From the NCBI GenBank assembly GCA_964472415.1, contig CAYYLC010000004.1, forward strand, positions 33,110 to 97,109: a DNA stretch of 64,000 nt. The letters run 5' to 3'. This DNA is from an uncultured Gammaproteobacteria bacterium. Its GTDB lineage: Bacteria; Patescibacteriota; Microgenomatia; Levybacterales; GWA1-39-11. Shown here one piece after another: positions 39,052 through 49,526 of this stretch. The translations under genes were made by a program, and so were the position numbers. Every line of letters starts with the position of its first letter. Position 1 is the first letter of the stretch. Below the pieces are notes generated by a model. It searched no databases. It had not been told where the DNA came from and saw only the letters and a program-made list of their open reading frames with translations.

Positions 39052-40757
39052 TTCAAATATATACCCTCGCGAGAAACAACGGGTTCTGATGAATTTTCTA
39101 CTCCTACAAGCGGAAGAGTAAATTCAATCGTTGTACCTTGTCCTTCTTGTGATTCCAAAGAGATAACCCCTCCATGCGCATCAACGACTGCTTTCGTAAT
39201 AAATAATCCAAGGCCTGTTCCGCTCCCGCGGTGCTGAATGCTCGTTTGATAAAACTTAGTAAACAGCTCCTTTTGAAGACTTTTTGGTATCCCTATACCA
39301 GTATCACTCACCACAATATGAATGTTCTTTTTATCGGTAAAGATGCGGATCAAAACTCTTCCATTTTCATGGTTATACTTAATCGCATTGGAAAGAAGAT
39401 TATTGAAAATTTGCTCGATTCTGAGCGGATCAAAATGAAAAATGGGTACATCCCCATCTTTTTCAAAATCTATCGTTATATGGCGCTTCTCGGCAAGAAT
39501 CTGAAACATTTTAACCCGATCCTCGATCAATTTTATGATGTCTGAAGGCTTTGGCTCTGTCTCAAATTTCCCTGACTGAATACGCGCAGCATCAAGCAGC
39601 TGATTGATATCATTGAGCATTCGCTCAGAAGAAGATTGGATTGTATCCATCATTTTTTTTCGATTCCCAGAAGACATCTCTCCAGAACTCAAAAGTTCTA
39701 TTCCGCCTTTTATGGATGTAAGCGGTGCACGAAGTTCGTGGACAATCATATTCGTAAAATTCTCCCGTAATCTCTCTGACTCATATTCCAACGTCACATC
39801 CTGCATAGTTATCGCAACACCAATTACTCGCAATGTCGCATTATCAAAAACAGGATTTATCGAAAGATTAAACTGCTTTCCAAATAACTCAATCCCCCGC
39901 AACACTTTCAGCTTTCTCTCTTTCATAACTGTTCTTACTTCTAACACAAAATTCCCTTCATACTGGAATTGAGAAAATACAATATCTGTATCAATTGGCC
40001 CGCTCAATCTCAAATAGCTTCGTGCAGCATTATTGATGGTTATCAGTTTGAGCTGTCCCTGCTCCATCATAAAAAGGATCGCACCAGAAGAAAGGCTATA
40101 AATAAGAGATTGAATCTTCCCCTTCTCAGTATCAATCACATTCTCAAGCCGACCTATCGCAAGCTGAGTCTGATTTACAATTTTATAGAGAAGACTCATA
40201 TCTTTATCCTGATAGATTCTTTTTTCCGGAGATGTGATAGAGATAATCCCCACAAATTTATTATTCAACACTAACGGAATATTAAAATATGAATTTGGAA
40301 CCACATCAAAAGATGTATCTTTATTTCGCAATGGTATTTTCTCACCTATCATTACTGCCGGATACTCAGATATTTTGAAATGCTCTAATGTATCATCAAG
40401 AGTAAAAAGCGCAGTCTGAATAATAGATTTTACCTCTTTCATGTACCCATCAGAAACGTGGTCTTTTATAAAACTCTCAAAGATAATTTCCCCATCAGAA
40501 ACAACTGCATACGAAGCGGTCTTAAGAGGAAAAAGACGCTCTGCAGTAACTGCAATAGTCCTTGCTATATCTTGCGTTTTGAGGCTGTATCCTATCTTAT
40601 CATTTACTTCATGTAAAATATTTAACTCATACAACTGCCTACCTAATTCTTTTTGGGTTTCAAAAAGTCTCTTTCGATTCTTTTCCCAGAGAAATGAAAA
40701 TACGACAGCAAGTGATCCGAACAATACTACCGAAGCAAACAAAAACGGAACAAGCAT
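39048..40757 (-). CDS. sensor histidine kinase (TM, GAF/PAS-like, HisKA, HATPase_c)
   Basis: H-box 'HELRAPLTSIKGG', N-box 'LLSNAIKYN', G1 'VSDTGIGI', G2 'GTGLGLFI'. Confidence 0.8.
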   Translation of the reverse strand: MLVPFLFASVVLFGSLAVVFSFLWEKNRKRLFETQKELGRQLYELNILHEVNDKIGYSLKTQDIARTIAVTAERLFPLKTASYAVVSDGEIIFESFIKDHVSDGYMKEVKSIIQTALFTLDDTLEHFKISEYPAVMIGEKIPLRNKDTSFDVVPNSYFNIPLVLNNKFVGIISITSPEKRIYQDKDMSLLYKIVNQTQLAIGRLENVIDTEKGKIQSLIYSLSSGAILFMMEQGQLKLITINNAARSYLRLSGPIDTDIVFSQFQYEGNFVLEVRTVMKERKLKVLRGIELFGKQFNLSINPVFDNATLRVIGVAITMQDVTLEYESERLRENFTNMIVHELRAPLTSIKGGIELLSSGEMSSGNRKKMMDTIQSSSERMLNDINQLLDAARIQSGKFETEPKPSDIIKLIEDRVKMFQILAEKRHITIDFEKDGDVPIFHFDPLRIEQIFNNLLSNAIKYNHENGRVLIRIFTDKKNIHIVVSDTGIGIPKSLQKELFTKFYQTSIQHRGSGTGLGLFITKAVVDAHGGVISLESQEGQGTTIEFTLPLVGVENSSEPVVSREGIYLN

Positions 40758-40949
40758 AAATTAAGAGTAGCACTCCGAGGAAATAAGAATCAAGATGATG
40801 GTGTCCCACCGCCTCAAAAGAAACGATGGGACGGGAATGTAGGCTATGATGGGATAGCGACGTTACTCCGCCTCCTCTCAAAGGAGAAACTTGCGCTCTT
40901 CGCCTAAAGATAAAATGGGCCGCTCTTTTGACTCCTTTTCGAGTTGAGC

Positions 40950-41276
40950 TTACACCTCCTGAAGAACTTCAGACATCCATCTCTGAATATAAACAGTAGC
41001 CTCAGGAAGAAGGCCCAGAAGCTCATCATGAAGAGACTCGAAATCCACCCCATCACGCTCAAACTCTTCTTGAACCTTCTGAAATTTTTCTCTTGCACTG
41101 TTGAGCGCGCTCTTTCCCTGCTCTATGGCATCCTTAATAATCTTGAATCTTTCTTGGACTGTCTTGAGCTCTACTTTTCGACAAACTACGTTCTCTGATA
41201 CTCCCTGGATTCTTCTAATCAATTTCCAATGAAGAATAGGAACTCTTGTTTTTTCTAGATCTTCAAGCTGCTCCAT
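40950..41276 (-). CDS. hypothetical protein
   Basis: 108-aa helical, charged ORF. Confidence 0.3.
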   Translation of the reverse strand: MEQLEDLEKTRVPILHWKLIRRIQGVSENVVCRKVELKTVQERFKIIKDAIEQGKSALNSAREKFQKVQEEFERDGVDFESLHDELLGLLPEATVYIQRWMSEVLQEV

Positions 41277-41289
41277 CCAGTCCTGGACG

Positions 41290-41650
41290 TACCAGATTGC
41301 TTCATACTTGAGCTATTTTAGTTGCAGATATTGTCTCGATAATTCCTAAAACTCCAGGATTCCTACTCGCCAAATACAAGACCGAACACGGGTAGCTCAA
41401 TCCAGCTGAACCAGGCGCTGACACGCCTAGTTTCGATTGAAGCACTTTGAGACGCCTTGCGGATATCCTCCGCGCAACACGAGCAACCATATGTGTCGCC
41501 TCTGGCCGTTCTGAGGCTCGTGAAAGCAAATCAAACCTCTCCTTCTTAATGGAACTCCTCATTGGCCATGAAGAACCCCTCCCTAACCTACATTGGTAAT
41601 GTGCGATTCCCAGAAAAACATCACACAGCATGTACGTAATGCTTCTGGAA
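41290..41650. other. GC-rich (~50%) segment without convincing coding potential; candidate structured RNA
   Basis: Composition shift. The only ORF (41302..41631, minus) is R/S-rich and of low complexity. The strand is not determined. Confidence 0.2.
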
Positions 41651-41702
41651 GTACAATGCGCAAATTATTTGAAATTAAAGAAGATTTGTCAAACTATAGA
41701 TT

Positions 41703-42047
41703 CTATTTCGTCAGATTTTCGAGCTTGTCTGCGGTTTTCTTACTGCCAATCACGATAATATACGTCCCGATCACAAAGCATGCACCCTTTATAAGAAAAA
41801 CTCCCACAGACGCGAGATCACTATACGTAATCTGCAGGTACGTATTCACGGCGTCGATAATAATCCCTAATGCAAGAAACAGTACGCCTGTTGCGATTGT
41901 CTTAAATCCATGTGCGAGAATCCCGCTCCCGAATTTTTTTGTAACCTGATACATAATCACTGCTGCAGCCATTGCAGCAAAGGCGGCGACAAATGAAACT
42001 CCCTGCACGAGGATGGTAAGAAATTGGAGGTTTTGCAATAAATCCAT
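41703..42047 (-). CDS. hypothetical small membrane protein
   Basis: 114 aa with 3-4 TM helices. Confidence 0.35.
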   Translation of the reverse strand: MDLLQNLQFLTILVQGVSFVAAFAAMAAAVIMYQVTKKFGSGILAHGFKTIATGVLFLALGIIIDAVNTYLQITYSDLASVGVFLIKGACFVIGTYIIVIGSKKTADKLENLTK

Positions 42048-42067
42048 GGCAGTTTTTTAATCTAATT

Positions 42068-42631
42068 TCATTGTGACACATCATTCGTTTTATTTTCAAG
42101 TCCTGGCGCTGGTGAGAAAGAAGAGCTTCCCAATTCTGACAATGCCTTATTAATACTCTCCATATCTTCTTTCGCAAGACCCACTGCAGGTGCAGTGGCC
42201 TCTATCGGAGCCTGCTCTGACTGTCTCGGATTTTGTGAAACTCCATCAGAAAAAGGATTCGCCCCCATAACAGGTGCTGGCAGAGGATTATTTTGAACCT
42301 GTTTTACAGGTTCAACCTGTGAAGGCCCTGTGGAAATATGAGGAGTCAAATTATTACTCGAGATAGTCATCACACCGGGATATGTTGTCAGAATAGACTC
42401 CATAGTCTTTTTCACAATTGTTCCGGAAAGCTCTACGAACTGATTTATAAGGAGTTGGAGAATCGCTTGCGCATCACCATTTATATTTGTCACTTCTCCA
42501 CTTGTATTTATTTCTATCCCTTGGACATTTTTTACCTTCGCAAGTGTTATATCAGGACCGAGTACGATCATCTGCTTTTTTATAAGTTCTGTGAAGATTT
42601 TTTTATAGTCTCCGTCTGTCTGTGGCTGCAT
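42068..42631 (-). CDS. hypothetical protein with Pro-rich C-terminal tail
   Basis: 187-aa ORF immediately downstream of the receiver gene (operon-like). Confidence 0.35.
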   Translation of the reverse strand: MQPQTDGDYKKIFTELIKKQMIVLGPDITLAKVKNVQGIEINTSGEVTNINGDAQAILQLLINQFVELSGTIVKKTMESILTTYPGVMTISSNNLTPHISTGPSQVEPVKQVQNNPLPAPVMGANPFSDGVSQNPRQSEQAPIEATAPAVGLAKEDMESINKALSELGSSSFSPAPGLENKTNDVSQ

Positions 42632-42673
42632 AATAAATGAAATTTTTACTTTCTAACGTATATCATTCTCATC

Positions 42674-43045
42674 TTATTCTCCTAAAATCGTCTTTACTTT
42701 CGCTACCAAATCATCTGCTGAAACTTGATATTTAAGAATATAATCTTGTGCGCCAAAATTCAGTGCCTCTTTTACCATATCGTCATGCCCAAAATTCGTA
42801 AGCATAGAAACATGGATTTGGGCACTTGCTGGATTCGCCTTAATAGCTTTCAACGCTTCATTACCACTCATATTCGGCATCATCTGATCAAGCAAAATCA
42901 AATCAAACTGTTGTGACGCAGAAAGATCTACTGCTTCTTTTCCATTCCCCGCAATCACAACTTCATACCCCGCAGCTTGTAACGCCACGTAGTATACATT
43001 TCGTATCTCCTCCTCATCATCCACGAGGAGGATCCTTTTTGCCAT
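42674..43045 (-). CDS. single-domain response regulator (CheY-like receiver)
   Basis: 'ILLVDDEEEIR', 'DLILLDQMMPNMSG' and a conserved K region in 'DYILKY'. No output domain. Confidence 0.8.
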   Translation of the reverse strand: MAKRILLVDDEEEIRNVYYVALQAAGYEVVIAGNGKEAVDLSASQQFDLILLDQMMPNMSGNEALKAIKANPASAQIHVSMLTNFGHDDMVKEALNFGAQDYILKYQVSADDLVAKVKTILGE

Positions 43046-43225
43046 ATCTTAACCGTAGCACTCTGAAAAATAAAAATCAAGGATTTGAAGAAATCACAAA
43101 ATATAAGTATAAACCACCCCTAGAGAAGATCTACTACCAATCCCTTTTTTTTCAGATCATCGATAGAACTACTCCCAAGACCTTACGAGAAACCTACAGA
43201 GAGTATCAAAAAATCAATCAGATGT

Positions 43226-44059
43226 TCACTGAACCACGTTAAACCCTTGACCATTACTGGTAATTACGATATCACCTTCAAAAGTTGTTTTATATTGTAA
43301 GTCAGCATTTTTCAACGCCTCTATAACCTCCTTATGCGGATGGTCAAAACGGTTGTCTTTTCCGGCGGAAATAATGGATAGTTCTGGACGAAAATTCTCA
43401 AAGGTTTTTTCATCAGTTCCCGTTCGTGATCCGTGATGCGAGAGCTTAAAAATATCGATATGATTTAAATCAGGTAATAGGATATTGAGATATTCTTTAT
43501 CAACATCACCTGGCAAAATAGCCTCAAAATCCTGATAGTCCAGAAGCATTACCAGCGAACTATTATTCCTATCATCATCTACGTCGGTAAATGCTTTCGG
43601 CGGCCAGAGAATGTCGAGCTGTAACTGCTCATTCACTTTTATACTCTCCCCCTGCTCAAGCCTACGAATGGGAACGTTGAGCTTTTCTAGCTTCTGAAGA
43701 AGCGCCTGATACCCCAAAACGTCACTATCCCCGTGACTCGTCGCAAAATGGGTGACCGTGTAGCTATCCAAAACATCCAGAAACCCTGCGTAATGATCAC
43801 TATCAGCATGCGTTACCACCATAAGCTCAATATTCCGGTCAAATAAACTCATATGACGATTTAAACACTCCACAATACTTCCATCAGGTCCGCCATCTAT
43901 CACTATATCTTCGGAAAATGCTCTCATATAAATCCCATCTCCCTGCCCTACGTTACAAAACACCATAAAAAATGGACTCTTTGAAGCGACATAGAACTGT
44001 GAAATTAAAATCCCCACTATGATAATAAATGAGGCTATTAAAAATCCTACAAGTTTCAT
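43226..44059 (-). CDS. comEC: ComEC/Rec2 C-terminal metallo-beta-lactamase domain protein (separate ORF)
   Basis: N-terminal TM helix, then an MBL fold ('VGQGDG', 'HADSDH'). Its start overlaps the stop of the upstream ORF (ATGA). Confidence 0.7.
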   Translation of the reverse strand: MKLVGFLIASFIIIVGILISQFYVASKSPFFMVFCNVGQGDGIYMRAFSEDIVIDGGPDGSIVECLNRHMSLFDRNIELMVVTHADSDHYAGFLDVLDSYTVTHFATSHGDSDVLGYQALLQKLEKLNVPIRRLEQGESIKVNEQLQLDILWPPKAFTDVDDDRNNSSLVMLLDYQDFEAILPGDVDKEYLNILLPDLNHIDIFKLSHHGSRTGTDEKTFENFRPELSIISAGKDNRFDHPHKEVIEALKNADLQYKTTFEGDIVITSNGQGFNVVQ

Positions 44060-45285
44060 TTAATTTTCTTTCTCCGCACTAAAAACCATACCAAAAGTAC
44101 ATAATAAACTACCGCCACAGGAAACGCTAGGCTTGTAATACTCAAGGGAATATAGAATTTTGAACCAAATCCTACCACAATCGTAAAATATTTAAGCAAT
44201 GGATACAAAAGAAGCAAGAATGGGGCTGCGAGTGCCGAATGAATAAGTCCCACTATGCCACTAATGAGTCCAAATACCATAATAATCGGGATCGTCCAAA
44301 GTAGCAACATATTCATAAAAATTGAAAGGAGATTTACTTCACCAAAGGCAAATAGTAAAAATGGCAAGGCCCCGATCTGTGCTGATATCGTCGTCGCAAA
44401 ATCCTCCTTGACAATTCGCGGTATGAAATACGAAACAGCGCGAATGATCTTTTGAAAAAGGACTATTCCCAACGTCGCACTAAATGAAAGCTGAAAAGAA
44501 ATTTCTGATAGGAGTTTTGGGCTCATCATAAGCATTAGCCACCCGGAAAGAATAAGAGATAAAAATGCAACGCGCTGTCTCCCTAAGACCATTCCAACAA
44601 ATGCAAATGACGCCATAATGCTTGCTCTCACAATTGGACTATTAAATCCTGTCAAAAGTGCGTAGAAGAATAAAAGCGTAATCGTTATAAAAACTGCATA
44701 CTTCTTTCGCATAATTCTTCCTAATACTAAAAACACCACACCAGAAACAAGTGCTATATTTGAACCTGACGCAACTACTACATGTAACATGCCGGAACGG
44801 ATCAATTCTTCACGAAACGTTTCACGAAGTCCATCCTCCACTCCCAAAACAATTCCAGCAATTAGTCCTGCTTCTTGCGAAGGTAGATGTAATTTATAGG
44901 CTAGTAAAACTTTTTGGCGGATAAATCCAATAATTGCTAATCTTCTATCAGGGGAATATTTGAGCTCAGGATCTTTCAGGATCAATTGCTCTGGCGCACG
45001 AAGATCATGACTGCTAGAACGACTTTCTATAATGCCCTCCATGAGTATATTCTCACCATAATTAAACTCGGGATACCGTGGCAAACTAACAAGAAGATTT
45101 TCCTTGTAAAAATATTGGTTAAATTCAGTTTTTTGCGGAAGTTCAAGAAATGTATGCTCTACTTTCACATGCTGCCCAGCCTGAAACTTACTCTCTGGAG
45201 AAAAAAACACCACTAAGCGAACACAGAGAGCAAAAATGAGTACAAGAACCACGAGAAAAAGCGTCTCATATTGCCTTAATTTCAT
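44056..45285 (-). CDS. comEC: ComEC/Rec2 competence channel domain protein (N-terminal part)
   Basis: Polytopic membrane protein with Competence-domain topology. Directly followed by the MBL ORF. Confidence 0.7.
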   Translation of the reverse strand: MKLRQYETLFLVVLVLIFALCVRLVVFFSPESKFQAGQHVKVEHTFLELPQKTEFNQYFYKENLLVSLPRYPEFNYGENILMEGIIESRSSSHDLRAPEQLILKDPELKYSPDRRLAIIGFIRQKVLLAYKLHLPSQEAGLIAGIVLGVEDGLRETFREELIRSGMLHVVVASGSNIALVSGVVFLVLGRIMRKKYAVFITITLLFFYALLTGFNSPIVRASIMASFAFVGMVLGRQRVAFLSLILSGWLMLMMSPKLLSEISFQLSFSATLGIVLFQKIIRAVSYFIPRIVKEDFATTISAQIGALPFLLFAFGEVNLLSIFMNMLLLWTIPIIMVFGLISGIVGLIHSALAAPFLLLLYPLLKYFTIVVGFGSKFYIPLSITSLAFPVAVVYYVLLVWFLVRRKKIK

Positions 45286-45287
45286 AG

Positions 45288-46025
45288 CTATGGGGCTACA
45301 ACTAAATCTTTTATCGCCTCAAAGACACTGACTCCCACGACTTTTCTCACAATCAAATCATTCACACTCTCATAAGGCCTACCAGAAATAATTTTCTCAG
45401 CAGTCACTGAGCCTATTCTTGGAAGTTCTTCGAGCTTACTTTTCGAGGCCGAATTGAGATTTATCAATCCATCTGAAGTTGAAACGTCCCCCAAAACTTC
45501 TGTAACTTCTTCGCCCTGAAATGGGATATATAGCTTCATTCCATCGACAAGAAGTTGTGCTTGATTAAGATTTTTACTGAGATATTCTTCATTCACATCA
45601 TCAATAAAATCTCCGGCAGATTGTATCGCATCACTAATTCGAGCACCTTGTGAAAATTCATATACACCAGGGTTATTTACCGCACCTGAGATATCGATAA
45701 AAATTGATTTCGCTTCATTTTCTACTTCATCAGATACAAATTCTATTCCCGAATTCTGCTGTTCTGAAAAAAACTGCAGCCCGCCCACAATAAGCATAAG
45801 CACCCCTCCAAGAACCAAGATAACAAGTAAAATATTTTTCTTAAAAAGACTAGCAGTACTATTTAGCGAGAATAATTCACTTTTCTCGTCCATGAAAATA
45901 GTATAGAGGATAGAAATGGCAAATGATATATGATGAACAGAGAAAAAACTGGGGCGGGAGTCGGATAGAACCGACCAACCCGCCCATATTGACAAACAGA
46001 CCCTATACAAGCAAAACCTCTTCAA
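45288..46025 (-). CDS. comEA: competence protein ComEA (TM, SLBB, helix-hairpin-helix)
   Basis: C-terminal 'LNSASKSKLEELPRIGSVTAEKIISGRP' HhH pair. An N-terminal TM helix. Confidence 0.7.
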   Translation of the reverse strand: MKRFCLYRVCLSIWAGWSVLSDSRPSFFSVHHISFAISILYTIFMDEKSELFSLNSTASLFKKNILLVILVLGGVLMLIVGGLQFFSEQQNSGIEFVSDEVENEAKSIFIDISGAVNNPGVYEFSQGARISDAIQSAGDFIDDVNEEYLSKNLNQAQLLVDGMKLYIPFQGEEVTEVLGDVSTSDGLINLNSASKSKLEELPRIGSVTAEKIISGRPYESVNDLIVRKVVGVSVFEAIKDLVVAP

Positions 46026-46537
46026 GAATGAAGCTGAACAGCCTTCCTAAATTTCTTAAGAACCCTGTCTGGCATAAGCTGCTTCGGGTACAACAAAACA
46101 GCAGACCTAGATCCATCATCTAAATAATGTCCGAAGACAATGAAGGCGATGGGAAGACTTCTAGTCAAAGCATTCTGGATTGTTAAATCCCATATATCTT
46201 TTTCTCCTTGAGAACCTGAACTGAAATCTGAAAGAATGAACTCCTCAAGAATCCTCCTTTGTTTTGCAAGATACTCCTCTCTAATCCTGAACTTATGGAT
46301 TTGCCCTCTAACTCTCTGGGGATCTGGCGAAGAGGAGCTTATCGAAATATAAATATATGATGGATCGATCGGAAGCAGCAGAGCAAATGCTTCCGGAAAA
46401 AACGGTGCGTCTCGGAATTCGTCTAATCCAACATTGGAGTATCCTGCATCTTGAATGTCACCAGTACGCCAAACGTTGATAAAGTTGTTGAACATCCGCT
46501 GAACCTGATGTGCTTGATCTTGGCTAATACTTGCCAT
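46022..46537 (-). CDS. hypothetical protein (co-operonic with comEA)
   Basis: 171-aa ORF with a 4-bp overlap with the comEA start. Confidence 0.35.
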   Translation of the reverse strand: MASISQDQAHQVQRMFNNFINVWRTGDIQDAGYSNVGLDEFRDAPFFPEAFALLLPIDPSYIYISISSSSPDPQRVRGQIHKFRIREEYLAKQRRILEEFILSDFSSGSQGEKDIWDLTIQNALTRSLPIAFIVFGHYLDDGSRSAVLLYPKQLMPDRVLKKFRKAVQLHS

Positions 46538-46728
46538 AATAAAGCCTTTTTTCCTTTCTGCTTATCCCGACTCTTCAGCCGGAATAGTGTCAATGTACGT
46601 ATGTCCCGATTAACGGAACTCGACGGAATCAAGCCTAAAAAAACACTGCTCCGCAAAACGGCTATGCTTTCGGCTGAAAACCTCAGCGCAATTATATACT
46701 TCCTTTTGGAAGAAATCAAACTATGGGT

Positions 46729-49341
46729 CTAGATTACGAAGTTGACTATTTTTCCACGGACATAAATTGTCTTTTTAATTTCTTTTCCCTCAAGATATTT
46801 ATTGGCAGTCTCTTTTGCCATCTTTTCAATTTCACTTTGATTTTCTCTCTTTTCCTTGTTCACTTCTAGCTCAAACTCTCCCCTTCTCTTGCCGTTAATT
46901 TGAACTACGATAGTTACACTTGAGCTCAAAATCTTATTTTCATCATACTGAGGCCATTCTGACGTGTGAATTGAATTTGAATTTCCCATCCTGCTCCATA
47001 ATTCTTCAGTCAAGTGAACTGCAAATGGAGATAAGAGCTTTAGATAGACCTCTTTTTCTTCTCTTGAGACGAATTCTGTCTTTGTAAGCTCGTTATGCCA
47101 TTCCATAAGTGACGCTATGGCTGTGTTATACTTCAAACTAGCTATATCCTCTGTCACCTTTTTTATCGTCTTATTCATCATAATAATCCTTTCATCATTT
47201 AAGTCACCATCCTCAGACAAGCTAAAAAGCCTCCAAACTCTTTTTAGATATCTAAATATGCCCTCTATTCCACTATCCTTAAAATCTCCACCATCACTAT
47301 ATGGACCTAGAAACATCAAATAAGTTCTTAAACTATCTGCTCCATATTTATTGATATATTCATCCGGCACAACAACATTTCCTTTGGATTTACTCATCTT
47401 CGCTCCGTCTTTAATAATAAGACCATGAGCGTAAAATCGTGAAAATGGCTCTTCAAAGCTCAAAAGCTTCAAATCGGATAGCACCATCGTGACAAAACGC
47501 GAATAGAGAAGGTGTAGCACACTATGCTCTGCACCGCCAATATACATATCGACAGGAAGCCATTTACTAACTCTATCTATATCGAAAGCTTCATTTTCTA
47601 TATCAGTATTTGGGTATCTCAAGAAATACCACGCGCTATCCAAAAATGTATCTGATACATCAGTTTCACGAGTAGCAGGACTGCCGCACTCGGGACACGT
47701 AGTCTCATAAAATTCCGGATGATTCGCGAGTGGCGCCTTACCAGTCCCCATAGGTTTCCAGTCTTCTACCTCAGGAAGCTTTACGGGCAATTCGTCATCG
47801 GAAACCGGATACCATCCAGCCATATTATCAAAAGTATGGGAACCTTCTCCTTCTTCTTGGCTTTTGATTTTTAGTGAAATCTCTTTCCTATCTGTAGTGG
47901 TAAACCAAGATTTTCCTCCATGGGCACATTTCTCACAATAAATCATCGGGATTGGTGGCCCCCAATATCTTTGCCGTGAGATGAGCCAATCCCTCAAATG
48001 AAACTGCACGTTCTTTGTACCTATTCCCCGCGACTCTAAGTCGGTAATTACTTTCTGCATATCGTGTGGTACGTGAAAACCGTCCCAATTATCTGAACCT
48101 ATAATAATTCCTTGACCGAGATAGGCATTTTCCATTTTCACGTTGTCTTCATTTTCAACTTTCCCTTGTATTACTGGGATTATCTCAAGATTATACTTCT
48201 TAGCAAACTCGAAGTCTCTCTGATCATGAGCTGGGACTGCCATAATCGCACCCGTCCCATAGGATCCTAAAACGTAATCTGCCACCCATATCGGGATCTG
48301 CTTCCCATTCACTGGGTTTATTGCATACAATCCGGTAAACACTCCTGTTTTTTCTTTCCCTTCTGCAGTTCGCTCTATTTCTGAGACGCTCTTCGCCTCA
48401 GCAATATATTTTTTTACCTCATCTGACTTAATTTGTGAAAGAATTCTGTGCTCTGGTGCCACAACCAAAAATGTCGCTCCATAAAGAGTATCCGGGCGTG
48501 TAGTAAAAACCTTAATAGTACTTTCCGATGAAAATTGAGCGTCGTCAGAACGAATATCCGCATCAATTACTTCAAACTCTACTTCCGCACCTTCGGACCT
48601 CCCAATCCAATTCCGCTGCGCTATTTTAACTCGTTCAGTCCAATCAAGGTCATCCAAATTATCCAGAAGCCTCTGAGCATACTTCGTTATACGGAAGAAC
48701 CATTGCTCCAGATCTTTCTTTTGGACCTTGCTACCACACCGCTCACATAATCCTGCTATCACCTGCTCATCAGAAAGGACTGTCATGCACGAAGGACACC
48801 AGTTCACTTCTGCTTTCTTACGATACGCAAGGCCATTTTTAAACATCTGGATAAATAACCACTGGGTCCACTGATAATAATCTGGATTATAGGTCTCAAC
48901 AGTCCGAGTAAAGTCAAAGCTATTTCCAATAGAGCGCAATTGTCGATAAAAATTTTTCTCAGAAATTTCAGCCTGAGCAGCCGGATGGCGACCCACCTTT
49001 AATGCATAGTTTTCACTATGAATCCCAAACCCATCAAGTCCAATCGGCTCAAACACCTCATTTCCTTGCATTCTCTTAAAACGCCCGTATATATCTGCAC
49101 CAGTAAACGCATACATATTACCTACATGAAGCCCTTCTGCTGATGGATACGGGAACATCATCAGATTATAAAAAGGCATAGATCTTTTTCCTACCGTAGA
49201 CGAAGTTGAAGCATCTTGACTCAGCACTTCTGATACGCTTTTGCTAACAGCCTCAATATCAGGAGAATAAACCCTGTCACTCTCCCATTTCTTCTGCCAT
49301 TTCGGTTCGATTTCGTTTGGTTTGTACTTATTATCTTTCAT
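46729..49341 (-). CDS. leuS: leucine--tRNA ligase
   Basis: HIGH-region 'PYPSAEGLHVGN', 'KMSKSKGN', editing domain. 870 aa. Confidence 0.9.
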   Translation of the reverse strand: MKDNKYKPNEIEPKWQKKWESDRVYSPDIEAVSKSVSEVLSQDASTSSTVGKRSMPFYNLMMFPYPSAEGLHVGNMYAFTGADIYGRFKRMQGNEVFEPIGLDGFGIHSENYALKVGRHPAAQAEISEKNFYRQLRSIGNSFDFTRTVETYNPDYYQWTQWLFIQMFKNGLAYRKKAEVNWCPSCMTVLSDEQVIAGLCERCGSKVQKKDLEQWFFRITKYAQRLLDNLDDLDWTERVKIAQRNWIGRSEGAEVEFEVIDADIRSDDAQFSSESTIKVFTTRPDTLYGATFLVVAPEHRILSQIKSDEVKKYIAEAKSVSEIERTAEGKEKTGVFTGLYAINPVNGKQIPIWVADYVLGSYGTGAIMAVPAHDQRDFEFAKKYNLEIIPVIQGKVENEDNVKMENAYLGQGIIIGSDNWDGFHVPHDMQKVITDLESRGIGTKNVQFHLRDWLISRQRYWGPPIPMIYCEKCAHGGKSWFTTTDRKEISLKIKSQEEGEGSHTFDNMAGWYPVSDDELPVKLPEVEDWKPMGTGKAPLANHPEFYETTCPECGSPATRETDVSDTFLDSAWYFLRYPNTDIENEAFDIDRVSKWLPVDMYIGGAEHSVLHLLYSRFVTMVLSDLKLLSFEEPFSRFYAHGLIIKDGAKMSKSKGNVVVPDEYINKYGADSLRTYLMFLGPYSDGGDFKDSGIEGIFRYLKRVWRLFSLSEDGDLNDERIIMMNKTIKKVTEDIASLKYNTAIASLMEWHNELTKTEFVSREEKEVYLKLLSPFAVHLTEELWSRMGNSNSIHTSEWPQYDENKILSSSVTIVVQINGKRRGEFELEVNKEKRENQSEIEKMAKETANKYLEGKEIKKTIYVRGKIVNFVI

Positions 49342-49526
49342 AGCAATACTGTCTTTAACCTGCTATAAGTATATTCCAGTATTAAAGACTATTTCGCCTC
49401 AATTCTAGAAATACTCACTCTCTATTTCCTATAGATCATTTTACCAAAAGAACCTATATATTTATAGCGTATTGAGAAAATAGTATGCAAACTGAAAGAA
49501 AAGGGCATTTTATACAAGAATTATAC

